A stretch of 64,000 nucleotides of DNA from positions 261,764,001-261,828,000 of the forward strand of contig OZ024740.1 in the NCBI GenBank assembly GCA_964016885.1, in the 5' to 3' direction. This DNA comes from Eledone cirrhosa (taxonomy: Eukaryota). Below the pieces are notes generated by a model. The model made no database searches. It had not been told where the DNA came from and saw only the letters and a program-made list of their open reading frames with translations. A program made the translations under genes and the position numbers. This document shows positions 15,025 through 28,088 of the stretch, piece by piece (the first letter of the stretch is position 1; the number at the start of each line of letters is the position of its first letter).

Positions 15025-16090
15025 GTGTGTGTGTGTATTGTTCCCCTCTATACATTGGTGAAAGATGTGATTAATAACTAGAAAATATAATCGGTGCGCC
15101 CTGAATGAAGCGGTTTCTGAAGTTATTCCACACCGCGTTACAGACTCACCAGAAATTGCGATATAAGATAACAATTAAATAAATATGTGATGTGATGGCT
15201 TACCCTCAATTGTATCTGAAGCTTCAGTGAAGCGAACTTGTATCATAAGAAAGTGCACTTGCATCGGTGTAAAGTGTACGCTTGTTTCGAATTGCTAGGA
15301 GCTAATCTCTTGTACAACACTTCCCACTCTTAAAAGAAAGATATTTCAATCTTTGGAAGGAAACCTTAACAAAAGAAAATGTTTCCCTTTGGTTACGTTG
15401 TTTTAAATATAAACTAGAAAAATATGTTTTTCAATTATATATTCATTCTTTATTTTATTTTATCTTGATTTTGGTTAAAGATTATTGAAATGATGCACTC
15501 GACATAAAAAATAATTCTATAGTTCACTGAAGCTATTGATGTAGTTTTCAACAGTTTTATGAATTCTATATATGATACACCAGAACTTTATAACATTGCT
15601 TTGGCTTCATAATCTCCGTAAGCCTAAATTGAGTCTACATTAAATGATGTTTGGTCAGTAGTAGTTTGGTAATCCAAAGCAATCCTTTTCAATGTTATTC
15701 TGGAACAAAATATGTACTAAGTTTTCTTTAAAACGATGCAGTTAGAAATTTCTTCAAAAGATTATATGAATTTGTTTTAATTTTTTGTCGTGCTTAAAGA
15801 ACAGAGTGCGACTATCAATCATTGACTGGAAGCAGGGTAAGTAATGACATGGCGAGTCTGAGATAAAGGATCGATTTTCAGTCGAATCTTATGACTTCTG
15901 TTATTTACCATACCAATAATATCTATTGGTAGCCAAAAGGCTGGTAGCCAAAAGGCTGAAGAAGATAATATACACATTTTTTGTGTACATTCAGTGTACC
16001 GAAACGACAGATGTCCCATAGCCATACTCTCTCTCTCTCTCTCTTTATATATATATACACAGTATATATATATATATATGTGTGTGTATG

Positions 16091-16124
<34 letters not shown>

Positions 16125-16167
16125 GTGTAAGTATGTACGTGTGTGTATGCGTGTGTATTTGAGTGTG

Positions 16168-16200
<33 letters not shown>

Positions 16201-16559
16201 ATATACAGAGGACGGATATTTACAATTTTCGTCAACCAAACTGCACTTAAAGAATTGATCTACTTGAGGCTATAGTAGAAGACGCTTCATCTCGCGCTGC
16301 TTTTCACTAGAGGACTATGAAACACTCTACCATTAAAACACCCGAAGAACTTGCAATAAGACATAACCTTCCTTGGTACCAGTAAATCTATATATGTGAA
16401 AGCTGTAAATTTATTTTTTTCATTTTCATATCAAGGGCCAAGTAAAAGATTATAAACTACCTCGAAGCGAGCTGAAAGAGCAAGAAAAAACATCAATCAC
16501 AAAATTGAAGCCATTCGAAGATTTTACCGACGTCAGATATTTGTTCATATTTTATCTGC

Positions 16560-16720
16560 TCTAAGTTCAAATCCTACCGAGGATATATTTGCCTTTACGG
16601 TCTGAGTTCAAATCCTGCCGAGGTTAACTTTGCCTTTCATCCTTACGGGGTCGATAAAATAAAGTGCCAGTAATGCATTGGGATAATTGCTGGCCTTGTG
16701 CCAAAAATAGAAACAATTAT
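16560..16720 (+). mobile_element. Octopus-type SINE 3' part with duplicated B-box segment
   Basis: agttcaaatcctRccgagg occurs twice (16564, 16605), then ctttgcctttcatccttacggggtcgataaaa..ggccttgtgccaaaaatagaaacaattatt. Confidence 0.7.
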
Positions 16721-17557
16721 TTCCAAGTTCATATTTTTTCTCTATATTTCTTTCTGATGTCGACTTTCTCACCTCCAAAAGAGATCGACTGTGTCCAGGA
16801 GATAGTTACTGGTCAATACACACATTCATGTATACGTGCATGCGTGTATATGCACAGAATATAAAAAGAAACCCCCAAAACCCCAGAGCGAGTGATAACA
16901 TGAACATTCATATACATAAAAATTTAATCATATTGTTATACATGAATATGCACCTCTTGATCTTTCGTTCTTCATTTTGAGGATTGGCTATTGAAGGGAA
17001 ATTCTTTTATGCTACTCACATACATAAACTCACATATAGCTTGTATGTTTATATACGGGAGAATGGTCGAAATAAGCCAACTTTTGTAACATATATATTG
17101 TTCTTTATTTCTCCGCGAGGGCAGACATGATATTTATATTTTTATATTTCATGTAATATATTTCGTAATTTTTTTCTTTTTTGCATTATGTAGAAAAAAC
17201 AACAAAAAATAGAAAATTAAAAACTAGACATCAAGTTCTGTGCATGCATGTGGTATGATTTTTTTTATTTTTACAATATCTTCGTGTATAATTTTGGAAG
17301 GGAGGACTAGATAGACTTACTCTTAGCAACTAACCCCTCAGCCATTCTTTAAAAAGCGATCCACGTGATTTTACTAGTTTGAAACAAGTATATGCGAAAA
17401 ATCTTTATGAGTTGTGCATTCCCCTCTCGGAATTTTTTCTATAAGGTCTTATTTATATTTATTTTCGTTTTAGCATGGATACTTTTTAACCTTGCATTAA
17501 GAGTCACGAAGTAAAGATATATGAATACATGAATGAATGTATGTATATGATGATTAA

Positions 17558-17634
<77 letters not shown>

Positions 17635-17697
17635 CACGAATGTGTATATATCCATATATATATATATAATGTATATATACATATAATTATATATATA

Positions 17698-17771
<74 letters not shown>

Positions 17772-18154
17772 CATATATACATGCACCCCCCCCCCCACAC
17801 ACACATATATATATATGAATTCATAAAGAAATAGATATATACATGTGAGAAAAACTGCCCGAATGTCAGAAAGGAAACTCGTATCTATTAAGTTGAATAA
17901 AAGAGAGCACACACAAAAACAGTAAAAGAGGAGGAAACACGCAAGCCAAAAATAGAACGATACATATTGTTATATAATGCATATTTCACTCGATACACAC
18001 ACACACACACGTACACACACACACACACAATCACACACACGCTCACACAACCACAGACACACATATACACATGATTACACACACTCTCACACACACAAAT
18101 ATATATACATATGCAAACTAATCTTTCATTTTCATATATATATACATATATTAT

Positions 18155-19800
18155 TATACTTTGGGAGGGTCATGCTGCCAATAAAAAACACACGCACTTG
18201 TTTTCAGTTCAATTTATTATAAACGTCCAGTTGGTTAGTTTAATAATCGGATGGTTGTTTATTTATTTATTGTTAAAGCTCTTACGTCACACATTCTGTG
18301 ACCTCCAGTTATTTTTTGTCTCTCCTTTGTTCTGGCCTATTCCTTTTTGTTTCTGTGAGCTGTGTGCTGTGTACTTGGGTTGTGCATGCGTTATACCCAT
18401 GTGTGAGTGTGTGTTTATGTTTATTTATTTAAACGTTTATTAACTTGCCACTAGTTGATTGCTTGTTCTATCTGTATGTATCTGGTTTATTTTATTAGTT
18501 TGGTTCTTGTGTGTCTCTGTATGTATCTTGTCCCTAATTATTAGTTGAGATGTTGTTGCTATTTCACTGATGTTTTCTGTTTAATTTTGGTTGGAGTTCG
18601 TTTATGTTTGTGGCTTCAGTAATCTGTCGGATCATTGCGTCATTTCTGTGTGTCGATATAATTTTATTTCTATGCTCTCTGGTGTGTCGCCATGTTCCAT
18701 TTTGGTATGTTGGAGTATTGATGAGTTGTTGGTATAGCTCAGTTCTTGCAAGTATTCATCTATTCTTTTTCTTATGCTACGAGCCGTCTCACCTATGTAC
18801 TCTGAGTTCATATTCATACACCGTCTCTCCGTACATATTATGTTATATACTATGTTCCTACTTTTGCAGTTAATATGTTCTAATTAAGGCTTTTATGGGA
18901 AGAGCAGTTTTTTCAACTATCTTAATATGTAATTTTAGTTGTCTGTAAGCTAGTTCGTATCTGGGAGTTGCAATGATGAACATTACACTCTAGTATTTAT
19001 TGCTGTGATATCACGAGTTGGTCTTATTAGTCTTCTTAATTCTCTCTATCTTAGTCCAAAATTTGATCCTATACAGGGAACAAGTCCCATTTGCATCATT
19101 TTCTACAATCTTCGTCAATTTGGCTCTGGTTCCTTTATATGCTCTCATCCTGTCTCTAATTGTAGACAGAGAACTGTATTCAGTGGATGAAGTGTTGTAT
19201 GTGTCTCTCTAATTCTTTAGGATTGCACATGCGAGATAACATTCCTCATCACTCTTATTAAGCCTGCAATTAGCATATGGAGTTTCATGTTTTACGAAAT
19301 GGCCGAGTTTCGGTGCATCAGGTACCAAACCCATGGAGGCCATGGGTTTGGTATAATGTGAATTTGGTATAATGTGACTGTTCTCCTGCAGAGGTATATT
19401 CACTACGATGTTGAAGTCATCTACGTAGCGGGAGTATAGAATCACGATTATAGAGCTTTCATTTAAGCGTTCCTTAAGTCTCCTGTCCCCCTACCATAAA
19501 GAGGTTAGCCATGTCACCAGCAATGCTGACATTAATGGCTGTTCCCCTCGTGTGTATATGTTTTGCCATTGAACTTACACATATGTTCCTTAAGGGTTAG
19601 TCTTATACTGGCTCCTACCGCATGTGCGACCCTTTTCTTTACTTATCTTGGTTTTCGGGGATCCATATGTCTCTGGTCCACCCGGTCCATCTTTCTGTGT
19701 GGTTCTTCTTGGCCATTGAGGTAATAGTGGGTGGTCTGCCTCTCTCTGGCCTTGTGGGACAGAGGCTAAAGTAGTGTGTATCTAAGTAATCCTTATCCCA
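18155..19800 (-). mobile_element. Decayed Penelope-like element (RT + GIY-YIG + pLTR), same family as 3340-4295
   Basis: YSRYVDDFNIVV (19209-19445), EYIGETARSIRKR (18632-18817). 19400-19790 aligns with 3450-3860; shared terminus motif. Confidence 0.8.
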
Positions 19801-19953
19801 CGTACGGCTCGAAGTTTATAATGAATTGAAGTGAAAACCTATGGTGCGTGTTTTTTAATGGCAACATGACCCCCCCCCCCCCAGGTATAACAATATCTGT
19901 TTTTGCTTACACATTTTCAGGTAGGAACTTGCAAAACAAATACAAAAACAAAG

Positions 19954-20016
<63 letters not shown>

Positions 20017-20019
20017 TGT

Positions 20020-20290
20020 TATACTTTGGGAGGGTCATGTTGCCAATAAGAAACACACGCACCAGTTACATTCACTCCCATTTATTATAAATTAAAATTT
20101 TTTTTTTTTAAATAAAAAAAAAAATATATATAAATTTCCGGTTGCTTGGTTGGTTCCACAACCGGACGGTTGTTCATATATTGTCAAAGTTCTTTCGTTA
20201 CACATTATGTGACCTCTTCAGTGACTGGGGATTCTTTTCTTTGTTTTGTGCCTCTCCTTTGTTCTGTCCTACGCCATCTTGTTTTTTCCG
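20020..20290 (-). mobile_element. Solo pLTR of the same PLE family with HHR at 20183-20225
   Basis: Terminus motif at 20020. Minus strand GTCA-CTGAAGA-GGTCACATAATGTGTAAC-GAAA-GAAC-TT-TGAC. Degenerate homolog at ~18270-18310. Confidence 0.7.
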
Positions 20291-20306
20291 TATATATATA
20301 CATATA

Positions 20307-21170
20307 CAGAGTGCGGACGATATTTTGTTCGCAAGATTACTGTCTAGGAAAAAATAACACAGTAGTTTTATTTTTTAAGATATATTTATCAAACTTGGGT
20401 CAGTTTGTCTTCATGACGTGTTCTTTCGATCTCACTCGATAAAACCGCCATTGGCTTTGATGACGGCCTCAAGGCGGCCTCGGAACCGGCTAGAGGCCTT
20501 CGTCACTGTCACCCGACTTAGGCCCCTAAAGGCACTTGTGATCCTGGCCTTCAGATCGTCTTTCGTATTGCAGCTAGATCTGTTGGTGTTTCGTTCTACT
20601 GCGCCCCACACAAAGAAGTCGAGGGGGTTGCAGTCAGGCGAGCTGGGAGGCCAGATGTCAGGTGAAGTGTGGTCGACGAAGTTTTCTGACAGCCAGGCTT
20701 GGGACTTTCGGCTGGTATGGCAGGGCGCGCTGAGTCTTGCTGCCACACGTACGGCCTACCTGCAGCTACCTGGTCGATCCAGGGCTTCACTACCTCGCTC
20801 AGAACGCGGATATAGCCATCGGTGTTCAGCTTGAGGCCCTCAGGGAAGAAGTGAGGTGTCATGACGTCACATTGACTGCTGACGACACCTAAGACCAATG
20901 TTGTCGCTGGAAACTTTGTCTGCATGACTCTGGGCACGTCTTTGGATGAGACAGTGAGCCACCTGTTGTTCTGGGAGTTGATCTTCTGATCTTGGCAGAA
21001 GTTTTTCTCTTCGGAGAAAAACCACAGCATGTCTGGCTCCAGTGGATGTTTCAACATGTTGATCAGCTTCTTTGCGTGCTTCAGTCGCTTTTCTTGCATC
21101 GCCTTTGACAGAAATTGCCCTTTCCCCATCTTGTATGAAACGTAGCGAATGTCTTCATGTACCACCACTG
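20307..21170 (-). mobile_element. Tc1/mariner superfamily, maT (DD37D) transposon remnant, 5'-truncated
   Basis: WFFSEEKNF..WQQDSA(frameshift)PCH..WPPSSPDCNPLDFFVW, with 37 residues between the second and third D. TA + CAGAGTGCGGACGATA terminus at 20305-20322. Confidence 0.85.
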
Positions 21171-21216
21171 CAAATACTGGAATTGAACTTGAGGTATGTC
21201 ATACATCAATTCATGT

Positions 21217-21280
21217 ATTTTACCTGACGAGGACGTACTGAAGAAACAGCACAGTACCTTCGAAATATATATAATAAAAC
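21217..21280 (+). ncRNA. Type I hammerhead motif (PLE pLTR-type)
   Basis: TTTTAC-CTGACGA-GGACGTACTG..CAGTACCTTC-GAAA-TATATA-TA-ATAAAAC; palindromic stem III, AATAAA overlapping. Confidence 0.65.
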
Positions 21281-21585
21281 ATATATTTTGATTATGTGAA
21301 TGTCTTCATTTATTATTATTCTGAATAAGTTTATATATATATATATTGCTTTCGTTTGCCTCTCTTATTTCTACCTTGTTCCTTTTCACCTCCTCCTTTC
21401 TTTCTCTCCCCTCTATTTCTCTGTTTTTTCTTTACCTCCGTTTCTTCTTTCTCTCCGTCTTTTTTCTAACTGTGCTTAACACTATAACTAAATAAGTATA
21501 AACAAATCACTACCCAGACAGCTTCCTAATTTAATGGTCGCTTATAATATGGTACGTCAAAATTATTTATAAAGCTGTTTATATA

Positions 21586-21652
21586 TTGTATTTTATCTGA
21601 CGAAGGCATGCCATATTTTTAATATGGTATCCCTGAAATATGTATAAAGAAA
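21586..21652 (+). ncRNA. Type I hammerhead motif (PLE pLTR-type)
   Basis: TATTTTAT-CTGACGA-AGG C ATGCCATATT TTT AATATGGTAT C CCT-GAAA-TATGTA-TA-AAGAAATA. Confidence 0.7.
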
Positions 21653-21694
21653 TAAATATGGTTTTATAAATATAGTTTCCATTTGTTTAATATC

Positions 21695-21782
<88 letters not shown>

Positions 21783-21784
<2 letters not shown>

Positions 21785-22350
21785 GAATGTATGTATAGTA
21801 TATTTGGCAATATACCGTATGTTTAATTAAAAACATTTTGAAGACAGTACTCTATCATTTTTAAAGTAGTGACTATGTCACTTACTTCTATTTTCGGCAG
21901 AAGAAGGGAGAGACGCTGACAGATTCTGTTTCACGCTGTTGGCGATCCTCAGAGCATCGTACTCCCCGCCTCTGCCGAAAATTATAGAGTCTGGATTCTT
22001 ATAGAATTCCAGTAATAATCAGGAACTGAATATACAGAGCGATTGCCGGTCCAGCAAAAATTAAAAATTAGGATTGGAGCTCTGAAATAGCGATGTATAC
22101 ATGAATGTATGTATAGAATATTTGGTAATATACCGTATGTTTAATTAAAAATATTTTGAATACCTTGCGCTATCATTTTTAAAGTATGTCACTTACTTCT
22201 TTTTTCGGCAAAAGAAGTAAGTGACATAGTCACTACTTTAAAAATGATAGCGCAAGGTCTTCAAAATGTATTTAATTAAACATACGTTATATTGCCAAAT
22301 ATACTATACATACATTCATGTATACATCGCTATTTCAGAGCACCAATCCC
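21783..22350 (-). mobile_element. Non-LTR retrozyme-like element: ~318 bp monomer, 1.4 tandem copies plus an inverted partial copy
   Basis: 21783-21900 is repeated at 22101-22215. 22211-22350 is the reverse complement of ~22070-22200. Intact HHR at 21912-21958. Homologous to 49049-49431. Confidence 0.8.
21890..21982 (-). ncRNA. Type I hammerhead ribozyme with intact core, GUC cleavage triplet and long interrupted stem I
   Basis: Minus strand ATTTTCGGCAGAGGCGGGGAGTAC GATGCT-CTGAGGA-T CGC CAACA GCG T-GAAA-CAG AAT CTG-TC-AGCGTC TCTCCCTTCTTCTGCCGAAAAT. Confidence 0.88.
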
Positions 22351-22379
22351 AAATATATATATTTATACTTAGGATAACA

Positions 22380-23595
22380 GTAGCTAAAAACCTCTCTAGA
22401 GTAGATTTATTAGACATTAATTTAGACCTTCGCACACACACCTACAGACCCTTCCATAAGCTAAACGAAAAACTTAATTACATTCACAGGGACTCATGCC
22501 CCCCCCCCCCCCCACTGTTTTTAGAAACTTCGTAAATAATATCACTACTAGAATCTCAAACCTCTCCTCTAATAAGGCTATCTTTGACAGTGCGGCACCC
22601 TACTATAACACGACGATAGCTAACAGCGGCTTCTCGCAACCTATCACTTACTCTCCCACTAACAACAACAGCAATAAGAAAAGAAAGCGTAACAATAGAC
22701 AAACTATCTGGTTCTCTCCTCCCTTCTCACTCAACGTTAAAACCAATGTAGGCAAAACATTTCTATCCCTCTTAGATAGATACTTCCCCATAGGTCATAA
22801 ATACCGCTCCATTTTTAACCGACACAAAGTCAAACTAGGATAATCCTGCGCTAAGAACATGAAGGCCCACATCACCAACAGCCCTAAGAACAACACCCCA
22901 CCAGGGTGCTCTTGCCGTAAGCCCGAGGCTTGTCCCATTCAACTGCAATGCAACACACCCGCTGTAGTTTATGAAGCTGTGGTCACTTCCAACGACCAAA
23001 TCAACTACAGGCAGTCAAATCCTATGTGGATATAGCGGACGACCGATTTAAGGAACGCTTCCTGAACCACCAGTCGACCTTTAGGTACCCGGACAGACGT
23101 TCATCCACAAAACTCGCGAGCCCCCTATGGTCCCTCAGGGACTCAAGTATAGACTACTCCATTCAATGGAAAGTCATCACTAAGTCCAAGCCATACGCAA
23201 GGGGCAATCCGTCGTGTGGACTATGTATTGATGAACGAATAAATTTTCTAAAGAGATTATGAAATAGTGATTGCCTAAATACGAGAAATGAATTCTTCAC
23301 ACGTTGTCCACACGCCTGGAAACACCTCTTACAAAGCTCCGCATTGAATTACAACAACATCCTAATTTTCTTATCAACTAGAAACTTTCGGACTTTCGCA
23401 GTTATCTCCCTTACACCTCTCGCACGCAATTTAGTATTGCCTTTGTGAAGTGATCGTTTCTGCGCATGCGAATTCGTACGGTTGTCCTTCCTGTTCCCTA
23501 TAACCATGTCTATTACGAGCTGAGGATCCGCTAAGGTGAAACAATTCTACTCGGCATGGTGAACTAACTGTTGTGTAACCACTTCTCTCTCAGTC

Positions 23596-23600
<5 letters not shown>
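22380..23600 (+). mobile_element. 5'-truncated Penelope-like element (RT end, GIY-YIG) with pLTR
   Basis: LLDINLDL..YRPFHKLNEKLNYIH, IWFSPPFSLNVKTNVGKTFL, CSCRKPEACP, FKERFLNHQSTFR, CGLCIDE; HHR at 23516. Confidence 0.85.
23516..23553 (+). ncRNA. Minimal type I hammerhead in PLE pLTR
   Basis: CGAG-CTGAGGA-T CC GCTAA GG T-GAAA-C AATT C-TA-CTCG (one stem III mismatch). Confidence 0.75.
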
Positions 23601-23668
<68 letters not shown>

Positions 23669-23929
23669 TGGTATTACAGGTGCAATATAATTACGTCCGT
23701 AAGTGGTGTGCCAAGATAAGCACTCGATGCCCGTGGGGAGCAGACTATCGATAATAATATATAAGGGGACAAAGAATCAATGTTGCATCATATACATATT
23801 TAATTACATATTACACATGTTGCACTGCCGATCAGCTCGAGGAACGATTAATGATCAATCCTGACTTTGGAATCGGAAGCTCTCCAGATATGTGTCGACA
23901 TGTAGACTTGCGCGAGTCTACATGTCAAC

Positions 23930-23966
23930 ACATATCTGAGGAGCTCTCGAAACATATGTAATATGT
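23930..23966 (+). ncRNA. Minimal type I hammerhead with intact core and GUA triplet, inside a nested fold-back (23796-23976)
   Basis: ACATAT-CTGAGGA-G CTCT C-GAAA-CATATG-TA-ATATGT. Confidence 0.75.
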
Positions 23967-24031
23967 AATTAAATATCTATATTATTCAACACTCATTTTT
24001 TGGTCCCTTAAATATTATTATATATATATGA

Positions 24032-24090
<59 letters not shown>

Positions 24091-24125
24091 ATATATAAAT
24101 AAATAAATATATGTATATGTGTGTT

Positions 24126-24160
<35 letters not shown>

Positions 24161-25221
24161 ATGTGTGTGTGTGTATGTGTGTGTCTGCATGTACGTGTTT
24201 GCATGCGAGTTTAAACTGAAAAGAGAAAGATCAGTGCACCATGTTTATTACGAAATGCACATTTCTACAATAAGTCTCAGAACCGCTCAGGATTACGTAG
24301 TAATACGGCTTAACTCCCAAGATTAAAGCGTCACCTAATGCATAAAACCTGATTTAAAACCAATCCGTCGAAACAGTTTAAATTCATGTCTTGTACAAAA
24401 TCTTAAAAACAAAAATATATAAAGATTAGATGGGTTGAGAGAAATAAAAAAACAAAAGAAAATTGTTGAAGATATAACCGATATACAACTTGAAACCGCT
24501 GCCCGTGAAGTTATATTGAAGAAGACCGCTAAAAACCGGCACTGACCACAAATTCCTTTAATTTATTCCTTTTCATATCAAATGCCACCTAAAAATATCA
24601 TAAACAATCTCTTAGTAAGCCCCAAGAGCAAGAAAAACACCTTTTACACAATTTAAGTCATTGCAAGATTTTACCGATGTCATCACTGTACGTGAATATG
24701 TGTTCAAAGTAAAGACGTTAAATTGGCAGAGCCATTAGAACGTCGAGACCTAAGTTGTCCTGCACCTGTGAACTGCTGTTTCCTCCACAAAATTGAGAGG
24801 AGTGTATTCCACCTGATGAAAAGATTCCCAAGCTGCGACTGTCCCTGGCTATTTTTCGTGGTGTTGTCTTCGCTAATTTGTCTGCGAGGAGCACCTGAGT
24901 TATATCGCTTAGACTGCAGTTGCTGCTTCCACCCGCTTTTCCCTTAAATTAAGCAATTTAATTTTTTCGTTTTTTTTTCATTCTGTTATATTTAATGTAT
25001 TTTCATTTCCATTAATAAATTTGTCTACCTGCCAACCTTTTATAGGCAAATAATCAATAAAATTGACAATAACATTAAATATGGAATATTTTAGTGTTTA
25101 TATTGATTGCATGTGGCAGGGTGAACCAAGTACACGCGCACACACGCATACATAAACACATGCACACACGCTTTCTTCCGCACATACAAAGTTATCAACC
25201 ACTCTAATCTTTGTATATATG

Positions 25222-25470
25222 AAAGCACATGGCTTACTGGTTAAAGCATTGGGTTCACGATCGCGAGGCTGTAAATTCGATTCCCGAACCTGGCGGTGTT
25301 TTGTGTCCTTGAGCAAGACACTTTATTTCACGGCGATCTGTAGAAATGAGTTGCGACGCTACTGGTGCCAAGCTGAATCATTCTTTGCCTTTCTTTTGGA
25401 CAACATCGGAGGCGTGGAGAGAGCGCGACTGGTATGTATGGGCGACAGCTGGGCTTCCAAAACACACCTT
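25222..25470 (+). mobile_element. tRNA-derived CORE-type SINE
   Basis: tggcttactggtta (A box), aattcgattcc (B box), gtgtccttgagcaagacactttatttcac (CORE); same family as 2531. Confidence 0.75.
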
Positions 25471-25680
25471 ACTATGCTCAAGCCTCTGCGTCATTACAAA
25501 TGCTATATATAAATAATATATGTCCGTGTGTGTGTGTATATATATAAGTTATGTTGTTAGATAAATTATACATATAAAATATACAGAAGCGAAAACCAAT
25601 CCAAACTAAACGTGTGTGTTTTATTAATATTTCTGGCAATATTATAACAATATGACCCTCTCCAAATGTTTCAATATATA

Positions 25681-25724
<44 letters not shown>

Positions 25725-26232
25725 GATATATATGCAGACTCACACATACACACGCGCGCGCGAGCATATGTGACGAAATGTGGGTATATCTGAGACAAAA
25801 AAATTCCTGTTGGAGCAAAATTCTTTCGCAGTATGGCGCAGAGGGCTTCGAGACGTTTCTTGACACTGTCGGATAAAACGATAGAAAAAAAATGTGTTTA
25901 TACATGCATGCAGAAACAGACGCATTCTTACACATTCATACACATACACGTATATGTTTATTTCGAAACACACGCATACACCCAGACACATACACAGACA
26001 CACCCCAGACACACACAAAGAGACACACACGCGCATACAAACACACACACACACATAGGCACACAGCCAGACACACACACACAGAAACACACACACATAC
26101 ACACACACACACAGAAACGCACACACATACTTACACATTCGTATATCTATATATATAATCATTTTTATGGACAAGCAAATGCGTTTGTAAATAAACACAT
26201 TAGCATACAGATAATGTATGTATGTATGTATG

Positions 26233-26668
26233 TAGAGTCAATGGCCATCCAAAATCACCGGGAGAGATGACCCCTTAGCCTTTGTCAAGGCAGAATTCTA
26301 GGAGAAGGAAAACTCTGATATAACACCTGCAACCCTGATGGTATCCAATGATGTTGACTTGTTCTTCTTTTTGGTAAATATCATCTTGGTTAAGAGAGTG
26401 GGACTGGCTTTGTGCAGTGCCTTTGCTCACTATAAAAGCTTCACGGCACAGGCATTACTTTATATCTGGAGATCTCTCTGCACTTGTCGTCACATGGTAC
26501 CATGGGCCCAGCACTATGTGTCAATAATTGTCACAGGTGTAGTGTTTGTACCAGAGTTTTCAATGCGCTGGCTGGACTAAAAAGTCACACTCGTTCAGCG
26601 CATCGGTAGACATTCTCCTACATGGATATAAGGTAGTGGCCGTACTCGAAAACGAGTTGGCAGCCACC
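26233..26668 (+). mobile_element. Probable non-autonomous RTE-derived retroposon in a (TATG)n tract
   Basis: ctaggagaaggaaaactctga and ctataaaagc resemble RTE-clade 5'UTR motifs; (TATG)n on both sides; no ORF. Confidence 0.45.
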
Positions 26669-26850
26669 ATGTATGTATGTATGTATGTGTGTGTGTATGT
26701 ATGTACGTACGTACGTATGTATGTATGTTTGTATGTATGCATGAATGTTTGTATGTAGAAGAAGGCAACTCAGAAAACTGGGATAACTCCGACTTGGAGT
26801 TTTCCTATCACAGTCTCTATGTATGTATGTATTATATGTGTATGTATGTA

Positions 26851-27265
26851 TCGTTTTCTTAATTTCGTATTTATATTGAATGACTACTTTTCCAGCGACA
26901 ATGTTTTATAGATAATGAAATGTCCGTCGTTCGATCGGCAATCATTCATATTTGAAGTGTATGGATATTTTACAGATTTTGGCTCCTGATATCGTGTCCA
27001 TAAGGTGCTCTTTTCATTACTTAAAGAATCGAAATTCAGTCATTTGGTACAGACTGATTTGTAGTCAAATGATATTAGGAATAAAACTGGTTCTGCATTT
27101 GAAAATTCTTGAACATTGATCAGAATATATACTTTTTTCAATTGTATCTTCTTTACTACTTTAACATCGACTTTTACACTGAACGTTTTTAATCTGTGGT
27201 CCCAAACAACTAAGCCGGTTGTGGTTTAATCTGGTGACAGTTTTTATTTTCAAGTTTTACCATTA
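26851..27265 (-). mobile_element. Old 3' fragment of R4-clade family C
   Basis: Minus strand aacttgaaaataaaaactgtcacc..aaccgg..gttgtttgggacc aligns to 6897-6960. The end cgaaattaagaaaacga+(TACA)n matches 7328-7360. Confidence 0.7.
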
Positions 27266-28088
27266 TATACGAAGTGGTATAGCGAAATATGTTTCTCGGG
27301 CGTTTTAATGATAAGCAGCCCTCTGCCATAAAACGTCAAAGCGTTTTCCTCCGTTTCTATCAGGAGAAAGCTACCACTTTAATTGTTTTTTAAATTAAAT
27401 TAAAACCTTCCAACTTAATTTTATGTAAGGATCATATATTGAATTCTTAAGTTATTACCCCAGTAATGAAATAATTAATAATTTTAATAAACCCCTCATA
27501 TGTTTCCAGTAATTAATTGAAATGGATTATACTTCATTAGAATTACAGTCACGAAAAACACGTTATATTTAAAGAGTAAGAGAAAATATAAACAGTTTTA
27601 TGATAATAATTGGTTGGTTCACTAAGTGTAATAATGTATAAAAATTAAAACCACAACAAAGAACCAAACAGACAAACAAAGAATTAATCTAGTCCAAGCA
27701 ACAACAACAACAACCACAAAAACACTAGAAAATTTATTTTAAAAAAAATATTTAAATGACAAAAACAACCAGTCAGTTTTTTATCACAAGTACATGCTTT
27801 AGAAATCCTAACACTTCAAGGCATACAGAACACACATCCTGCTCAAAACATTCAATAATATAACAATGGTAATAAAAACATCAGTAACAATCTTTTAAAG
27901 AGAAAAAAAAACCTAAAAGAAAAATACAATGAAAGAAAATCGACTCCATCCATATTGTAAAAAATAGCGAAAAGAAGAAGCAAATAATCACCAAGACAAA
28001 AGCTAAACGAAATTACAGAGAACAGACAAACCCAAAACAGCCTAATAATAATAATAATAATAATGATAATAATAATAATAATAATAAT

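Noticed and set aside
15140-15720. Possible host exons (GTGAGT/GTAAGC donors and AG acceptors on the minus strand)
   Set aside because: Frames tested contain stops and give no recognisable protein.
24813-24900. CTGATGA motif
   Set aside because: No correctly placed GAAA or stem III; the surrounding sequence was not classifiable.
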